64,000 nucleotides of DNA from Methylomonas sp. Lineage in GTDB: Bacteria; Pseudomonadota; Gammaproteobacteria; Methylococcales; Methylomonadaceae. This document shows, one piece after another, positions 32,585-43,228 of the stretch. A program made the translations under genes and the position numbers. Positions within the stretch are counted from its first letter, which is position 1, and every line of letters begins with the position of its first letter. The DNA lies in assembly GCA_050015235.1 (NCBI GenBank), contig JBEKBU010000001.1:1064-65063 (forward strand). Direction: 5' to 3'. Under the pieces are notes generated by a model. The model saw nothing but the letters and a program-made list of their open reading frames with translations. It was not told the DNA's origin and did not search any database.

Positions 32585-35296
32585 CTAAAACCGTTCGAAT
32601 TGCCTTAAATCGAATCCGGAGTCGGCATGACGGTTAAGCTTGGTTACCGGCGGGATTTTATCCATTTTCAAGGCCGATTTGCCCGGTTTACGCACTATAA
32701 ACGCATCCTCATTCTCGATTTTGAAAAAGCTCATTAGCCCCTGCAATTGCTCGGTTTGGCCGGTCATTTCCTCGGCGGTCGCCGCCAGTTGCTCGCTGGC
32801 CGAGGCATTCTGTTGGGTAATTTGGCTCATTTGACTCATCGCCACGTTGATTTGGCTAACCCCGGACGATTGTTCCTGCGAAGCGGCGGCAATTTCCTGC
32901 ACCAGATCGGAAGTCTTGCCTATGCTCGGCACGATCTCATCCAGCAATTTGCCGGCGCTCTCGGCGGTTTTGACGCTGCTTTCGGCCAGTTCGCCGATTT
33001 CCTGCGCGGCAATCTGGCTGCGTTCCGCCAACTTGCGCACTTCCGCCGCCACCACCGCGAAGCCTTTACCGTGATCGCCGGCCCGCGCCGCTTCAATCGC
33101 CGCGTTCAAGGCCAACATATTGGTCTGGTAGGCGATATCGTCGATAATGCCGATCTTGGTGGCGATAGACTTCATGGCCGTTACTGTCTGCTTAACCGCG
33201 ACGCCGCCGTCGGCCGCCTCGCGAGCGGCTTTGCCGGCCATGCCGTCGGTAATTTTGGCGTTTTCGGCGTTTTGATTGATACTGGCCGCCATTTGCTCGA
33301 TACTGGAGCTGGTTTCCTCGACGCTGGACGCCTGTTCGTTGGAAGCTTGCGACAGGGATTGCGAAGTGGCGCTGATTTGTTCCGAAGCCTTAGCCAATTG
33401 GTCGGCCGCGCTGAAGACTTCGGAAATGGTTTGCGACAATTTGGCCACCGTGTTATTGACGGTATCCTTAAACTCGCCGAGCTGGCCGTTATACGCGCCG
33501 GTGACGGTGCGCGTCAGATCGCCTTGCTCGACCCGTTGCAAAACGTCTATGGCTTCGCGGACGGGTAAAACAATGCCGTCCAGCGTTTGGTTGATGCCGG
33601 TGACTAAAGTGCGGAAATCCCCCTGATGCTTGCCGGCGTCGGCGCGGATATCCAGCTTGCCGGCGATGGCGGCTTTTACCAGTTCGTCGGCGTCGTGCAT
33701 AACGGCTTTAAGATTGGAGCGGACTAATTCGATGACATCATTGATAAACGCTTTTTTACCAGGCAACTGCTCCAGCGGCGCGTCGAAATTACCCTCGCCG
33801 AAGGATTTTACCACCGCCATCGCTTTTTTCTTGACGGCGATGTGACCCGCCACCATGTCATTGACGCCTTTGGCCATGACGCCGAAATCGCCATGGAACT
33901 TGCCGGCGTCCATATACACGTCGATATCGCCGAGTTCGTGTTCGCGGCTCATATGGTTCATATCGGCGATAAAGCCTTTTAAATTGCCGCGCATCTGTTC
34001 GATGGTTTCGTTGATAAATGCTTTTTTACCAGGCAACTGCTCCAGCGGCGCGTCGAAATTACCCTCGCCGAAGGCTTTAACCACCCCCATCGCTTTCTTC
34101 TTGACCGCGATATGCCCCGCCACCATCTCGTTGACGCCTTGCGCCATGCTTTGGTAGCATCCGGTAAAATGGTTTTCGTCTATGCGGACATCGATATCGC
34201 CCAGATTATGCTGCTCCGACATATTCCGCATTTCATCGACGAAACCGTTCAAGGCGTCGATACAGGTATTCAGATTATTTTTGATGGCGTTAAAATCGCC
34301 CTGGTAGCTATCGGTAATCCTGGCGGGAACCACGCCTTGCGAGATGCGGTCTATATAGTCGGCCGCCACGGACAGCGGCTTAACGATGGCGTTTAACATA
34401 TTGTTAATGCCGGACGCCAAACGCAGGGTATCGCCATGGAAAGTGGTTTCGTCCAAACGTTCCTGCAAGCGTCCGGCCACTATGTTTTCGGACACGCGCT
34501 CCATTTCCCTGATGGCGTTCACCTGGGCGGTGGCCTCTATCCATTCCACCGCGTAACCGAATGGCTTGCCGTCATGATCGGTCAACGGCATGACTTTCAA
34601 ATCGAAAATCATTTCCAGCACGTGAATGCGGGCAATATGGGGATTATGGGATTTAAGTTCGGCGAAAACCCGTTTTTGCATTTCGGGGTTTTTGTGAAAC
34701 TGATCGATATTGGCGCCCAGCAGTTTGTCGGGATCGAAGCCGGGAAAAACTTGTTGCAACGCGGTTTTATTGCGCATTAACAATTCCTGGGCCGCCGGAT
34801 TGACCGAGGTAACCAGCCGGTTCAAATCGCAAGTCACCAGCGGCGTGGTTACGCCTTTAACGAGCGAAATGGCGCGCAGCGCCTCCTGTTCCGTTTTTTT
34901 CAATTCGGTAACCCAGTTAATCTCCAGCATGGCGCCGCTGAAATCGTTTTGGTTATCGGCGAACGGCGTCAGGACGAAATGAAATTGTTCCTGGCCCAGC
35001 GCCAAGGTTTCCGACCACGCCCGGCTATTTTGCAACTCGTTTAGGCCTGATTTCGGAATAAAGCCCAGCGCGTTGATTGTTTTGCCGATCAGCTGATCGG
35101 GTTCGAAATTCGGCGCGGCCGACGCAAACGACTGCCGATGTTCGATTAATAGCCGTTTGGCCGCTTTACTTGCGTAAGTAGCCGTAAGATCGCGATTGAA
35201 AAAGATCGTCGCGTAATTGGCGTTATTCATAAACGCCTGCAAGGTTTCCGCGGCGGCGGCATGGTTTTTATTCGTGAACAAAGCTAAAACGCTCAT
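32585..35296 (-). CDS. Soluble Aer2-like MCP (two PAS, poly-HAMP, signalling domain)
   Basis: No TM segment; second PAS has NIDQFHKNP and EW; 90-aa internal repeat; MCP core. Confidence 0.88.
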   Translation of the reverse strand: MSVLALFTNKNHAAAAETLQAFMNNANYATIFFNRDLTATYASKAAKRLLIEHRQSFASAAPNFEPDQLIGKTINALGFIPKSGLNELQNSRAWSETLALGQEQFHFVLTPFADNQNDFSGAMLEINWVTELKKTEQEALRAISLVKGVTTPLVTCDLNRLVTSVNPAAQELLMRNKTALQQVFPGFDPDKLLGANIDQFHKNPEMQKRVFAELKSHNPHIARIHVLEMIFDLKVMPLTDHDGKPFGYAVEWIEATAQVNAIREMERVSENIVAGRLQERLDETTFHGDTLRLASGINNMLNAIVKPLSVAADYIDRISQGVVPARITDSYQGDFNAIKNNLNTCIDALNGFVDEMRNMSEQHNLGDIDVRIDENHFTGCYQSMAQGVNEMVAGHIAVKKKAMGVVKAFGEGNFDAPLEQLPGKKAFINETIEQMRGNLKGFIADMNHMSREHELGDIDVYMDAGKFHGDFGVMAKGVNDMVAGHIAVKKKAMAVVKSFGEGNFDAPLEQLPGKKAFINDVIELVRSNLKAVMHDADELVKAAIAGKLDIRADAGKHQGDFRTLVTGINQTLDGIVLPVREAIDVLQRVEQGDLTRTVTGAYNGQLGEFKDTVNNTVAKLSQTISEVFSAADQLAKASEQISATSQSLSQASNEQASSVEETSSSIEQMAASINQNAENAKITDGMAGKAAREAADGGVAVKQTVTAMKSIATKIGIIDDIAYQTNMLALNAAIEAARAGDHGKGFAVVAAEVRKLAERSQIAAQEIGELAESSVKTAESAGKLLDEIVPSIGKTSDLVQEIAAASQEQSSGVSQINVAMSQMSQITQQNASASEQLAATAEEMTGQTEQLQGLMSFFKIENEDAFIVRKPGKSALKMDKIPPVTKLNRHADSGFDLRQFERF
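33751..34074. repeat. Intragenic direct repeat, 270-bp period (HAMP duplication)
   Basis: Identical 54-nt stretch at 33751-33804 and 34021-34074. Confidence 0.9.
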
Positions 35297-35322
35297 TTAT
35301 ACAGTCTCCTAATTAACATTAA

Positions 35323-35691
35323 TTAAGGCAAAATCAATTTCGCCACCGCCGCCAGCATCTGATCCGGCTGAAACGGTTTTACCACCCAGGCTTTGGCGCC
35401 CGCCGCCTGCCCGGCCTGCTTCTTGCTTTCTTGCGACTCGGTCGTCAACATGATGACCGGCGTAAATTTATAGGCCGCCAGTTGTTTGACTTCCTTGACG
35501 AAAGTGATGCCGTCCATATTCGGCATATTCACGTCGGATATGATCAGATGCACTTTCTGGCCGGTCAGCTTGCTGAGCGCATCCTTGCCGTCCACCCCTT
35601 CCATGACGTCATAACCGGCGCCTTTAAGAGCTATACTGACGACTTGGCGCACCGAGGCGGAGTCGTCTACGATTAAAATGGTTTTTGCCAT
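35323..35691 (-). CDS. cheY: Chemotaxis response regulator
   Basis: ILIVDDS, IISDVNMPNMDG, MLTTE, KPF. Confidence 0.95.
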   Translation of the reverse strand: MAKTILIVDDSASVRQVVSIALKGAGYDVMEGVDGKDALSKLTGQKVHLIISDVNMPNMDGITFVKEVKQLAAYKFTPVIMLTTESQESKKQAGQAAGAKAWVVKPFQPDQMLAAVAKLILP

Positions 35692-35700
35692 AACGGCCTC

Positions 35701-36816
35701 CTAGAAAAAAGTGATTTCGGCGCTGGATTGCGAAACCGGCGCATGAGAAGCGGGCGCCTTGCCGTGCGCATGGTATTCGCTTTCCATGGTATAGGTGCTT
35801 TGTAATGAATGGGTAATGCTATCGATGTCCCACGGCTGTAAATTTTCCAACCCCATGGCGTGGCTGCGGGCTACGTATTGCGGAAAAGCGTCGATATTCT
35901 CCTGGACGTGCATCAATATCTGGCCGATACGGTCTTGAAACTGGAACTGCACCAAAGACGCGTCGATATCGCGTTTGACGGTTATTGTCGAAGAACTGAG
36001 ATGCTGACTGTGCGCCGTCAGGCCGCCAAACACATCCTGCAAATTATTTAAAACCACATGAATATGATCATTTGAGGAAGCAATCACTCTCGCTTCGTCG
36101 GACGTGCTTTTTTCGATGGCCGTCAACGTCGAATTAATCGCCTCGCCGATTTGCTCGACTTTAAAACCTATCATCTTGCCGGTTTCGCCGGACATTTTCG
36201 ACAATTTCCTGACTTCATCGGCGACAACGGCGAATCCGCGCCCGGCTTCGCCGGCGCGGGCGGCTTCTATCGCCGCGTTAAGAGCAATTAAATTGGTCTG
36301 GTCGGCAATCCGCGCCACCTCCTTCGACATGCCGCGCAGTTCTTCAGTCAAGCCGGCCAAGGAGCGGATCCGTTCCTGAACCACCATGTTTTCCTCTAAG
36401 GCTTCTTGCAGCGAAACCACGACTGCTTGCAAGCGCTTATTACTGGAAGAGAAAATATCCTTGTCGCCATCGGCGGCCTTGACCGTGCCGGAAGTATTAA
36501 TCGCCACGTCCAGTTCGGAAGTAATGGAAGCAAAACGGTGCGTCAAATCGGATATGGCCTGCTCCATTTCCTGACGGCATTGCTCGATGTGCTTCGCCCA
36601 AACCGGCGTCACCCTCAGGGTAAACGCGTCGACGCTTTCGAGATAGCGTTTAAGCTTGGTTTCATCGAACGCCGGCTTGACATTCGCCAATGCCCGCGCC
36701 GCCGGCGCGGCGGATCGCCGCCCCAACCAAAATCCTAATAAACCGCAAACCAACGCGGCCAGTACTATGATTATCACTGTAAGTAAAGTATTCATTCGGT
36801 TTTTTATCCATGCCAT
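35701..36816 (-). CDS. Short methyl-accepting chemotaxis protein (one TM, truncated signalling domain)
   Basis: [33 protein letters not shown]; C-terminal [10 protein letters not shown]. Confidence 0.88.
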   Translation of the reverse strand: MAWIKNRMNTLLTVIIIVLAALVCGLLGFWLGRRSAAPAARALANVKPAFDETKLKRYLESVDAFTLRVTPVWAKHIEQCRQEMEQAISDLTHRFASITSELDVAINTSGTVKAADGDKDIFSSSNKRLQAVVVSLQEALEENMVVQERIRSLAGLTEELRGMSKEVARIADQTNLIALNAAIEAARAGEAGRGFAVVADEVRKLSKMSGETGKMIGFKVEQIGEAINSTLTAIEKSTSDEARVIASSNDHIHVVLNNLQDVFGGLTAHSQHLSSSTITVKRDIDASLVQFQFQDRIGQILMHVQENIDAFPQYVARSHAMGLENLQPWDIDSITHSLQSTYTMESEYHAHGKAPASHAPVSQSSAEITFF

Positions 36817-37205
36817 ACATAAGGAGAACTCCGGTATGACTTGATTCTAGTCGAATAAAAATTTTCCGCTATTTGCCTTTCAAAATAATGAGCTATTGTT
36901 CCGGCAAAAAAAATGGGTATTGTGATGGGGAGAACAAAATACCCTTGCCAGGAATTTTTAATCATGCGTTATTCAAAAATCTGATAACGCATCACAGTTA
37001 TGCGCCATTTAAACAGACTCTGGACGGGATATTGAGACAATGCCGTTTAGTTAAGCAATGAGCGGTATTTTTCGGGAGGCATACAGGGGAGGAGTCCATG
37101 TCATCATCCTGCGGGGTTCAGGCTTAACTTAACGGCATCGCCTCACCCGAGGGGAGAGAATTGCGCTTCTTGACGTCTTGGACGGTTAGATTAAGCAATC
37201 ATCAG

Positions 37206-38024
37206 CTATAAAGGCGGCTGCATGGGGCCGGTTTCCACGATATCGACCACGCTGCCCACTTTTAGCTGGCCTAAGCCGTCATGCAAAACGTTCTGCCCGA
37301 AATAGACCTTGTTTTGCCATTGCCGCAGCCGGGCCAGGGTAGTTAACGGCTCCTTGCCGCTAACCGCCGTTTCCGGATCGATGGTAGGTATTGAGCAACG
37401 CGAACAGGGCTTGGGCAATCTGAAGCCGATGCCGTTAATGCGGATTCTCCGCCAGGCGTCTTCCGCGTAACTTGCGCAATCCGCAACCACCAGATTCGGT
37501 CTGAAGCGGATCATATCCATATTTAAAGACATGGCGGCGTTCAAAGCCCGCAAAGAAGCTTCGGAGACGAGCAGTAAAGGAAATCCGTCGGAAAAAGCGG
37601 TGCGATCGCCCGGCCCGGCGTAGTTCGGATCGACGCCGCGCACGGTTTCGTCCGGCATGTACACCAAACGGCAAGCAAAGCCCAGCACGCGGCTAAACCA
37701 GGCGTCGGCCGCCGCGTCTACCCGTTTGGCGGCGCATTGGTCTTTCCAGATTTGCACCGGCGCGTCTTCGCCGCCGCTACTCCGCAAGGCGACGCGCAGG
37801 TCGGCCTGGCCGGCGGCTGAAATCAGCAGGCTTTCATTTTCAATCCGGGTTTTGATCAGGGCCATCGCGGGCAGGCGGCGTTGGCTTAGAAATTGACCGG
37901 CCGCATCGACCAGCATCCATTGCCTGTCATAACGCAAACCGTTTTTCTCAAGCGGCCATTCGGGCGCCGAGAAACCGGCTAGCGATTTGACCGGAAACAC
38001 GTGTATTTGGCTGAGTACCGGCAT
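37206..38024 (-). CDS. MOSC-domain protein (YcbX-like)
   Basis: IHVFPVKSL, DRQWML, FSDGFPLL, RFRPNLVV, KPCSRC, FGQN. Confidence 0.93.
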   Translation of the reverse strand: MPVLSQIHVFPVKSLAGFSAPEWPLEKNGLRYDRQWMLVDAAGQFLSQRRLPAMALIKTRIENESLLISAAGQADLRVALRSSGGEDAPVQIWKDQCAAKRVDAAADAWFSRVLGFACRLVYMPDETVRGVDPNYAGPGDRTAFSDGFPLLLVSEASLRALNAAMSLNMDMIRFRPNLVVADCASYAEDAWRRIRINGIGFRLPKPCSRCSIPTIDPETAVSGKEPLTTLARLRQWQNKVYFGQNVLHDGLGQLKVGSVVDIVETGPMQPPL

Positions 38025-38604
38025 GATAAAGAAACGCTTGCGAGTTAAGATATGGTTTCCGGAGCGGGAGGCTTGCTGACTATTCTATCCATGCCGATTT
38101 GTTTAGTAAAGTTCTTTGCCGGTTATCATAAACTTGCGGCGGAATAGGTATTGTTTGTAACAGGCATGGCGCGGGCTAAATGGGCCGCCGGGATAAGCTG
38201 ACGGGCTTGTGGCCTGTAGGGTAAAAACGCCGAAGCCGAGTGTTAAAATCTAAACAATAGCCGATCAGGGGTTGTTTTGCTTAATTTTTGAATTATTCAA
38301 CAACGCCTCAAATAACGGCGAGGCCGCGCTATAAATGTTAGCGGTGAGAAATTACCCGCGGATTTTTGTGTATAAGGGCGGCTAATATTTTATGCATTTC
38401 AGCTATAACGGATATATCTGTAACTTATTGTATTATAATTAAATCAACTTTATTTAAGAATGTTTTTTCTTGAGATGCGCCAAGATAGGGATGTTCCGGG
38501 GGTAAAATAACCTTAAGATAAGAAAGATTATTGGTGTGGCGTTACGCCCGCGAGACATGGGAAACGTTACGCTCATTGGTTTAAAGTTAGCGAAAATATA
38601 AACT

Positions 38605-40545
38605 ATGGAACAAGTGCAATTTGCCGAAAAACTCAATGAATATTCAGCTTGGCGCGTAAAATTAGTCGATGCCATCGACATGTACCACTCGTGGCGTAAA
38701 CAATACGATTTCAACGACGCCAGCAGTGAAAACGCCATTCGGAACATTCTGCATAACCTTGCCAGCGACCGGTTGACCTTGGCGTTTGTCGCGGAATTCT
38801 CCCGTGGTAAGACGGAATTGATAAATGCCTTGTTTTTCGCGGAAACCGGGGTGCGTCTGCTCCCTTCGTCACCGGGCAGGACCACCATGTGTCCGGCCGA
38901 ATTGTTTTTCGACCGGGAAGGCGGAAACTATATTAGATTGCTGGACATTGAGAGCCGTTTCGAGGAAACCCCGTTTGCCGATTTGAAACAAGACGCCGGT
39001 CGCTGGCGGCAAATCAGTCTAGATCGAGACAATCCCCCGCAAATGCAGTCGGCTTTTCAGGAATTAGTCGCCGTCAAACGCGTTCCCACCTCGCATGCCT
39101 TGAAATTGGGCTTGTTTGACGAAGCGCAAGCCGCGGAACAAGGCTTGATTAATCCCGAAACAGTCGAAATTCCACGCTGGCGGCATGCGCTGATTAGTTT
39201 TAAGCATCCGCTATTGGAAGCGGGATTGGGTATATTGGATACGCCGGGTCTGAACGCATTAGGAAGCGAGCCGGAATTGACCTTAAGCATGCTGCCCAAC
39301 GCGCAGGCGATTGTGTTTGTGCTGGCGGCGGACACGGGTGTTACCAAGAGCGACTTGAGAATTTGGAACGACCATATCTTACGCGCCACGAACGCCAGCA
39401 AACAGGGCTTGGCCGTGGTTATGAATAAAATCGACACTATGTGGGACGATCTGAACGGCGAGGAAGGCTATGAAGAATCCATCCGCGCACAAGTTAAAAC
39501 ATCCGCCAACGACTTAGGAATTTCAGAAGATGTTATTTTTCCGGTTTCCGCCAAGCAGGCCCTGCTGGCTAAGTTAAAACATGACATTTCCTTGTTGGAC
39601 AGGAGTTGGATTAAAAGCTTGGAGCATTATTTTTCCGATACCATACTTAACCAGCGCCAAAAGATACTCATGGATGCGGTTTTGCGCGAACTGGGATTTT
39701 TGCTCAAGGAATCCTATGTCTTGACCGAGCGGAGTTACGAGAACAATTCGAAACAGTTGGAGGAATTTCAAAAACTGAATTACGATAATCAGGACACAAT
39801 CGTGAAATTAACCCAAGTGGCGAAGCAGCAGCAAGAAGCCTATTTTAAAAAAGTCGAATATTTCAAAATGTGCCGCGAGGCATTTCAGGTTAGACTAAAC
39901 AATTTATTAACCTCCTTGTCGCCCCGCGAATTTGATAAAACCATTAAGACTTATAAAGTGCAAATCAAGTCAAGTTTGACGACTTTCGGCATGAAGGACA
40001 ATATCAAGAAACTGTTCGAGGAATTGCGTGCTTCGTTGGAAAGCAGTGTGGCGCTTACCGAGGACATACAGCAATTTATTCTGAAAATGCATGCCGACTT
40101 TGATACCGATTACGGTTTTAAGGAAGTTAAGCCTAGTTTGTTTCAAATTAAGGATTATCAGGCGGAACTGGAACAATTATTTATTACTGGTGAAAATTAT
40201 CGGGCAAGCGCCAAAACCATGTTAACCGAAAAAAGCCTTGTCATACAGAAGCTTTATGATACAATCGTGCTCCAAGCGCGGTTCATTGTGATCAAGGCGC
40301 ATAGGGATGCTGCGGTATGGGGCGAAAATGTTTTATCTCCGCTTAAATATCAAATCTTCGATCAAAAAAAACAAATCGAAAACCGTCTGATGGTTATGCA
40401 GTCCGCTAGCAATTCCAAAAAAGACTTCAATCAAAATGTCTCGCGTTTGCAAGAAGAGTTAAACAAATTGGAACTACAACGGCGCGAATTAAAATTTATC
40501 GTAAAAGAAATTTCACTAGCTGCTCATTCGCGGGAAGTGACATAG
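38605..40545 (+). CDS. Dynamin-family GTPase
   Basis: G1 AEFSRGKT, LPSSPGRTT, G3 DTPG, G4 NKID; long helical/coiled-coil C-terminus. Confidence 0.88.
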   Translation: MEQVQFAEKLNEYSAWRVKLVDAIDMYHSWRKQYDFNDASSENAIRNILHNLASDRLTLAFVAEFSRGKTELINALFFAETGVRLLPSSPGRTTMCPAELFFDREGGNYIRLLDIESRFEETPFADLKQDAGRWRQISLDRDNPPQMQSAFQELVAVKRVPTSHALKLGLFDEAQAAEQGLINPETVEIPRWRHALISFKHPLLEAGLGILDTPGLNALGSEPELTLSMLPNAQAIVFVLAADTGVTKSDLRIWNDHILRATNASKQGLAVVMNKIDTMWDDLNGEEGYEESIRAQVKTSANDLGISEDVIFPVSAKQALLAKLKHDISLLDRSWIKSLEHYFSDTILNQRQKILMDAVLRELGFLLKESYVLTERSYENNSKQLEEFQKLNYDNQDTIVKLTQVAKQQQEAYFKKVEYFKMCREAFQVRLNNLLTSLSPREFDKTIKTYKVQIKSSLTTFGMKDNIKKLFEELRASLESSVALTEDIQQFILKMHADFDTDYGFKEVKPSLFQIKDYQAELEQLFITGENYRASAKTMLTEKSLVIQKLYDTIVLQARFIVIKAHRDAAVWGENVLSPLKYQIFDQKKQIENRLMVMQSASNSKKDFNQNVSRLQEELNKLELQRRELKFIVKEISLAAHSREVT

Positions 40546-40633
40546 TATTATTGAACGATGTCTTCGGTTTTAAACTTGCATTGTTTCGTAACGAATCTCA
40601 TATATATGTAAAGCCGGTTACCAAAAACGATAT

Positions 40634-41191
40634 ATGCCGATGAATGCTATCGCGCCAATTACCATCTCCCTTTCGGAATTTTCCGGTCAGGACGAACACT
40701 TGGTCAGACGATTATTTGGAAAAGCGGCTTTCTGGAAAAGACCTTGGCGTTTGGTCGACAGTATTCACCAAGCGCAAGTGGTTTTGCATCATGTGCATAA
40801 CGAAGGCGAGTGGCATGCAGCGCAACGTTTTTTACAAAACCGTCCGGACAAAATCCTAGCCGTGTATGCCATGGAAAATGGCTTGTCCCATCCGTGGTAT
40901 CTTAAAAAATCGGCGAACGGTAGATTATCGCTATTGGAATTTAGTCAATTGCTGATTAAGTTAGGGTGTGCTATCGACGATGGCCTGCTAGGGGTTGCCG
41001 CCATGTCGGCGTTAGTTTGGGAAGAGAAATTGGTGGAAATACCGATTGCAGCCCCGGACCGCGCCGATCCGGTTGTGGCGCTTGGGATAGACTTGCCGGA
41101 AGAAGGCGATGAAATTTTACCTTTTCTTGACATGATTTCCACTTTGCTGGAAGGCGGCAGGGAAGAGAGAAAGCGTTTTACTGATAAATAA
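40634..41191 (+). CDS. Hypothetical protein, possible degenerate receiver fold
   Basis: Long ORF in an operon-like arrangement; beta/alpha alternation without REC catalytic motifs. Confidence 0.6.
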   Translation: MPMNAIAPITISLSEFSGQDEHLVRRLFGKAAFWKRPWRLVDSIHQAQVVLHHVHNEGEWHAAQRFLQNRPDKILAVYAMENGLSHPWYLKKSANGRLSLLEFSQLLIKLGCAIDDGLLGVAAMSALVWEEKLVEIPIAAPDRADPVVALGIDLPEEGDEILPFLDMISTLLEGGREERKRFTDK

Positions 41192-41212
41192 GGGCCTAAA
41201 AGGGGATAAAAA

Positions 41213-41557
41213 ATGTATATCTCGGCATTGCAAAGGATTAACGGTTTTAGGGCGGTGTCGTTAGTAGATCGCAATAGCGGCATGATGCTTAACTCGAAAG
41301 AAATCGGCAACAGGAACATTGCCAAGCTATCCGCTGCTTTCGCGGAATCCTTGCAAGTTTTGGCGAACGCCAACGATGGAACAGACACGCCACGGATGGA
41401 GGAGGCGTTGTATATAACCCGGGATCTCTATTACATTGTTCGGCCTTTGGCTTGCGATCCCGATTTATTGCTTTGCGTCGTGCTGGACCGCGCCAAATCT
41501 AACTTAGGCATGGCGCGTATCGAAATTAAAAATATTGAGGCAACGCTAAAACCCTAG
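41213..41557 (+). CDS. Roadblock/LC7-like protein
   Basis: VSLVDRNSGMML, MEEALYIT..YYIVRPL, LCVVLDRAKSNLGMAR. Confidence 0.75.
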   Translation: MYISALQRINGFRAVSLVDRNSGMMLNSKEIGNRNIAKLSAAFAESLQVLANANDGTDTPRMEEALYITRDLYYIVRPLACDPDLLLCVVLDRAKSNLGMARIEIKNIEATLKP

Positions 41558-41581
41558 CGGTTTTTTTCCGGAATCGGCGGC

Positions 41582-42328
41582 TTAGGTATGTAGGGTATCC
41601 ATTAAGTCTATCATGAACTCCATGGTTTCTTCGTCCAGTAACTCCCAAGCGCTAAAGCCGAGCCCCTCCAAAACGCCTTGGCCTTTTTCGCAATTTCCCA
41701 TTTCCGTCAGCGCATGCTGAATGGCGTCCCGCTGGATTTGAAAACGCGGGCCTATCATTAACGAGTGATGGATAATGCTAATTTGGCTGCGTACCAGTAT
41801 TTTTAGCTGGCTTTTTACTACCGAGGAAAAATTGTCGTAAGCTTTCGCTAGGAAAATGCCGACGTCCGCTTCGTTCTTTAATAAATGTTTGGCGGCCAAA
41901 ATATAGCTATCGGATGGGATGGTCCGGATCCGGTTTTGGTCTACATCGGCGGGTTCCAGAAGTATCTTGCCTATCAATCGAACATCCGGATCTTCCGTCA
42001 TGGCGATGCGTATATCGTCCTCAAGGCGTTCAATATGGTCTATTGGGCTGTTGGCGTTTACGGCGATGATTACTTCATCGGAAAGACCGGACGGCTTTGC
42101 CAATGGCAGGAAGCCGTGTTCCCGTACCAACGTGGCGGCGTCGTACGGATTGGCGTAAATTAAATCCACGCTGTCCTGTTTGATAGCGTCATGTAGATCA
42201 TGATAGCTGTTATACAGTTCCAAGTGAATAGCGTTTCCGGTCTGCTTTTGCAGCCAAGTATTGAAAATATACCAGCCGGATAGGCGGTCGGGTGCGAAAT
42301 CTGGACTAACGGTAAACAGATAGGTCAT
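41582..42328 (-). CDS. Phosphonate-binding (PhnD-like) fold protein lacking a signal peptide
   Basis: DLIYANPYDAA..GFLPLA; N-terminus MTYLFTVSPDF is polar and has no hydrophobic core. Confidence 0.78.
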   Translation of the reverse strand: MTYLFTVSPDFAPDRLSGWYIFNTWLQKQTGNAIHLELYNSYHDLHDAIKQDSVDLIYANPYDAATLVREHGFLPLAKPSGLSDEVIIAVNANSPIDHIERLEDDIRIAMTEDPDVRLIGKILLEPADVDQNRIRTIPSDSYILAAKHLLKNEADVGIFLAKAYDNFSSVVKSQLKILVRSQISIIHHSLMIGPRFQIQRDAIQHALTEMGNCEKGQGVLEGLGFSAWELLDEETMEFMIDLMDTLHT

Positions 42329-42344
42329 GGCGAGATCCGGAATG

Positions 42345-42821
42345 TTAAAACAGGGTAGGGTAGGTTTTGATGCATTCTTCCACTAGTCGGCGCGAAGGTT
42401 TGCGCCGCACAGACGTGTAGCCCACTATTTTTCCGCCGCGGACGTTCGGGATCACGGTCGCCTTGACCCAGTAATAACCGCCGTCTTTCCGGAGGTTTTT
42501 GACTATGCCTTGCCATTTTTCGCCGCGTTTGACCGTTTCCCATAGATCCTTGAACGCCGCCGGCGGCATGTCGGGGTGCCTTAAAATATAATGCGGCGCG
42601 CCAAGCAGTTCTTCCTTGGAAAAGCCCGACATCTCCTCGAACGCCAGGTTTAAATGGCTAATTATCCCGTCCGGCGTGGTGGTGGATACGATTAATTTGC
42701 CGTCGGGATAAGGCGTTTCTATATCGGTATATAAAATTATGCGGCTGTGTTCGTCAAAATACGTTAAGCGAGTTTCCCGGTATTCGCCCACTATGTGTTC
42801 AGGCAGCATGTCTGTTATCAT
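42345..42821 (-). CDS. Stand-alone Aer-type PAS protein
   Basis: IVSTTTPDGII, PHYILRHPDMP, WQGIVKNLRKDGGYYWV, YTSVRRKP; no output domain. Confidence 0.88.
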   Translation of the reverse strand: MITDMLPEHIVGEYRETRLTYFDEHSRIILYTDIETPYPDGKLIVSTTTPDGIISHLNLAFEEMSGFSKEELLGAPHYILRHPDMPPAAFKDLWETVKRGEKWQGIVKNLRKDGGYYWVKATVIPNVRGGKIVGYTSVRRKPSRRLVEECIKTYPTLF

Positions 42822-42837
42822 AATTTTCTCCGGAAAG

Positions 42838-43200
42838 CTATATCATTTCGGCTATGGCGTTCGCCGCGCGTTTGACATCCAGGAAAATGAGACCGAGTTT
42901 GGCGTTTGATTTGGCTAGCACCGTAAGCACGGCTTCATGCCCGGAGTAAGTCATTAGCACATAACCTTTGTCGCCCTTGATCAAAACTTGTTCCAAGTCG
43001 CCCCTGTTAAGCTCCTGGGCGGTCCGATCGCCTAACGATAACATCGCAGCGCTCATGGCGCCCACCCGATCTTCATCCATGCCGGACGGCAGCACGGAGG
43101 CCATCATTAAACCGTCGGTGGAAATTACGCCGGACGCTTCAATATCAGCCGAAGTGCCGTTTAGTTCGGTTAATACGGATGTCAACATGTCTAGTTTCAT
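42838..43200 (-). CDS. Roadblock/LC7 (MglB-like) protein
   Basis: ISTDGLMMAS, DRVGAMSAAMLSLG, LEQVLIKG, KLGLIFLD. Confidence 0.92.
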   Translation of the reverse strand: MKLDMLTSVLTELNGTSADIEASGVISTDGLMMASVLPSGMDEDRVGAMSAAMLSLGDRTAQELNRGDLEQVLIKGDKGYVLMTYSGHEAVLTVLAKSNAKLGLIFLDVKRAANAIAEMI

Positions 43201-43228
43201 AAGGTTTTCCTTGGTTGGTGGTAAAAAT

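Noticed and set aside
27750-33330. High DNA similarity between the two large MCP genes
   Set aside because: Confined to the universally conserved signalling domain; ordinary paralogy.
36880-36925. Sigma-28 promoter for the che operon (TCACA-N-GCCGGAAC on the minus strand)
   Set aside because: Too many mismatches to the consensus to support.
38024-38605. Riboswitch or sRNA in the long intergenic region before the dynamin gene
   Set aside because: No match by eye to c-di-GMP or other known aptamer cores; an Rfam/Infernal scan is needed.
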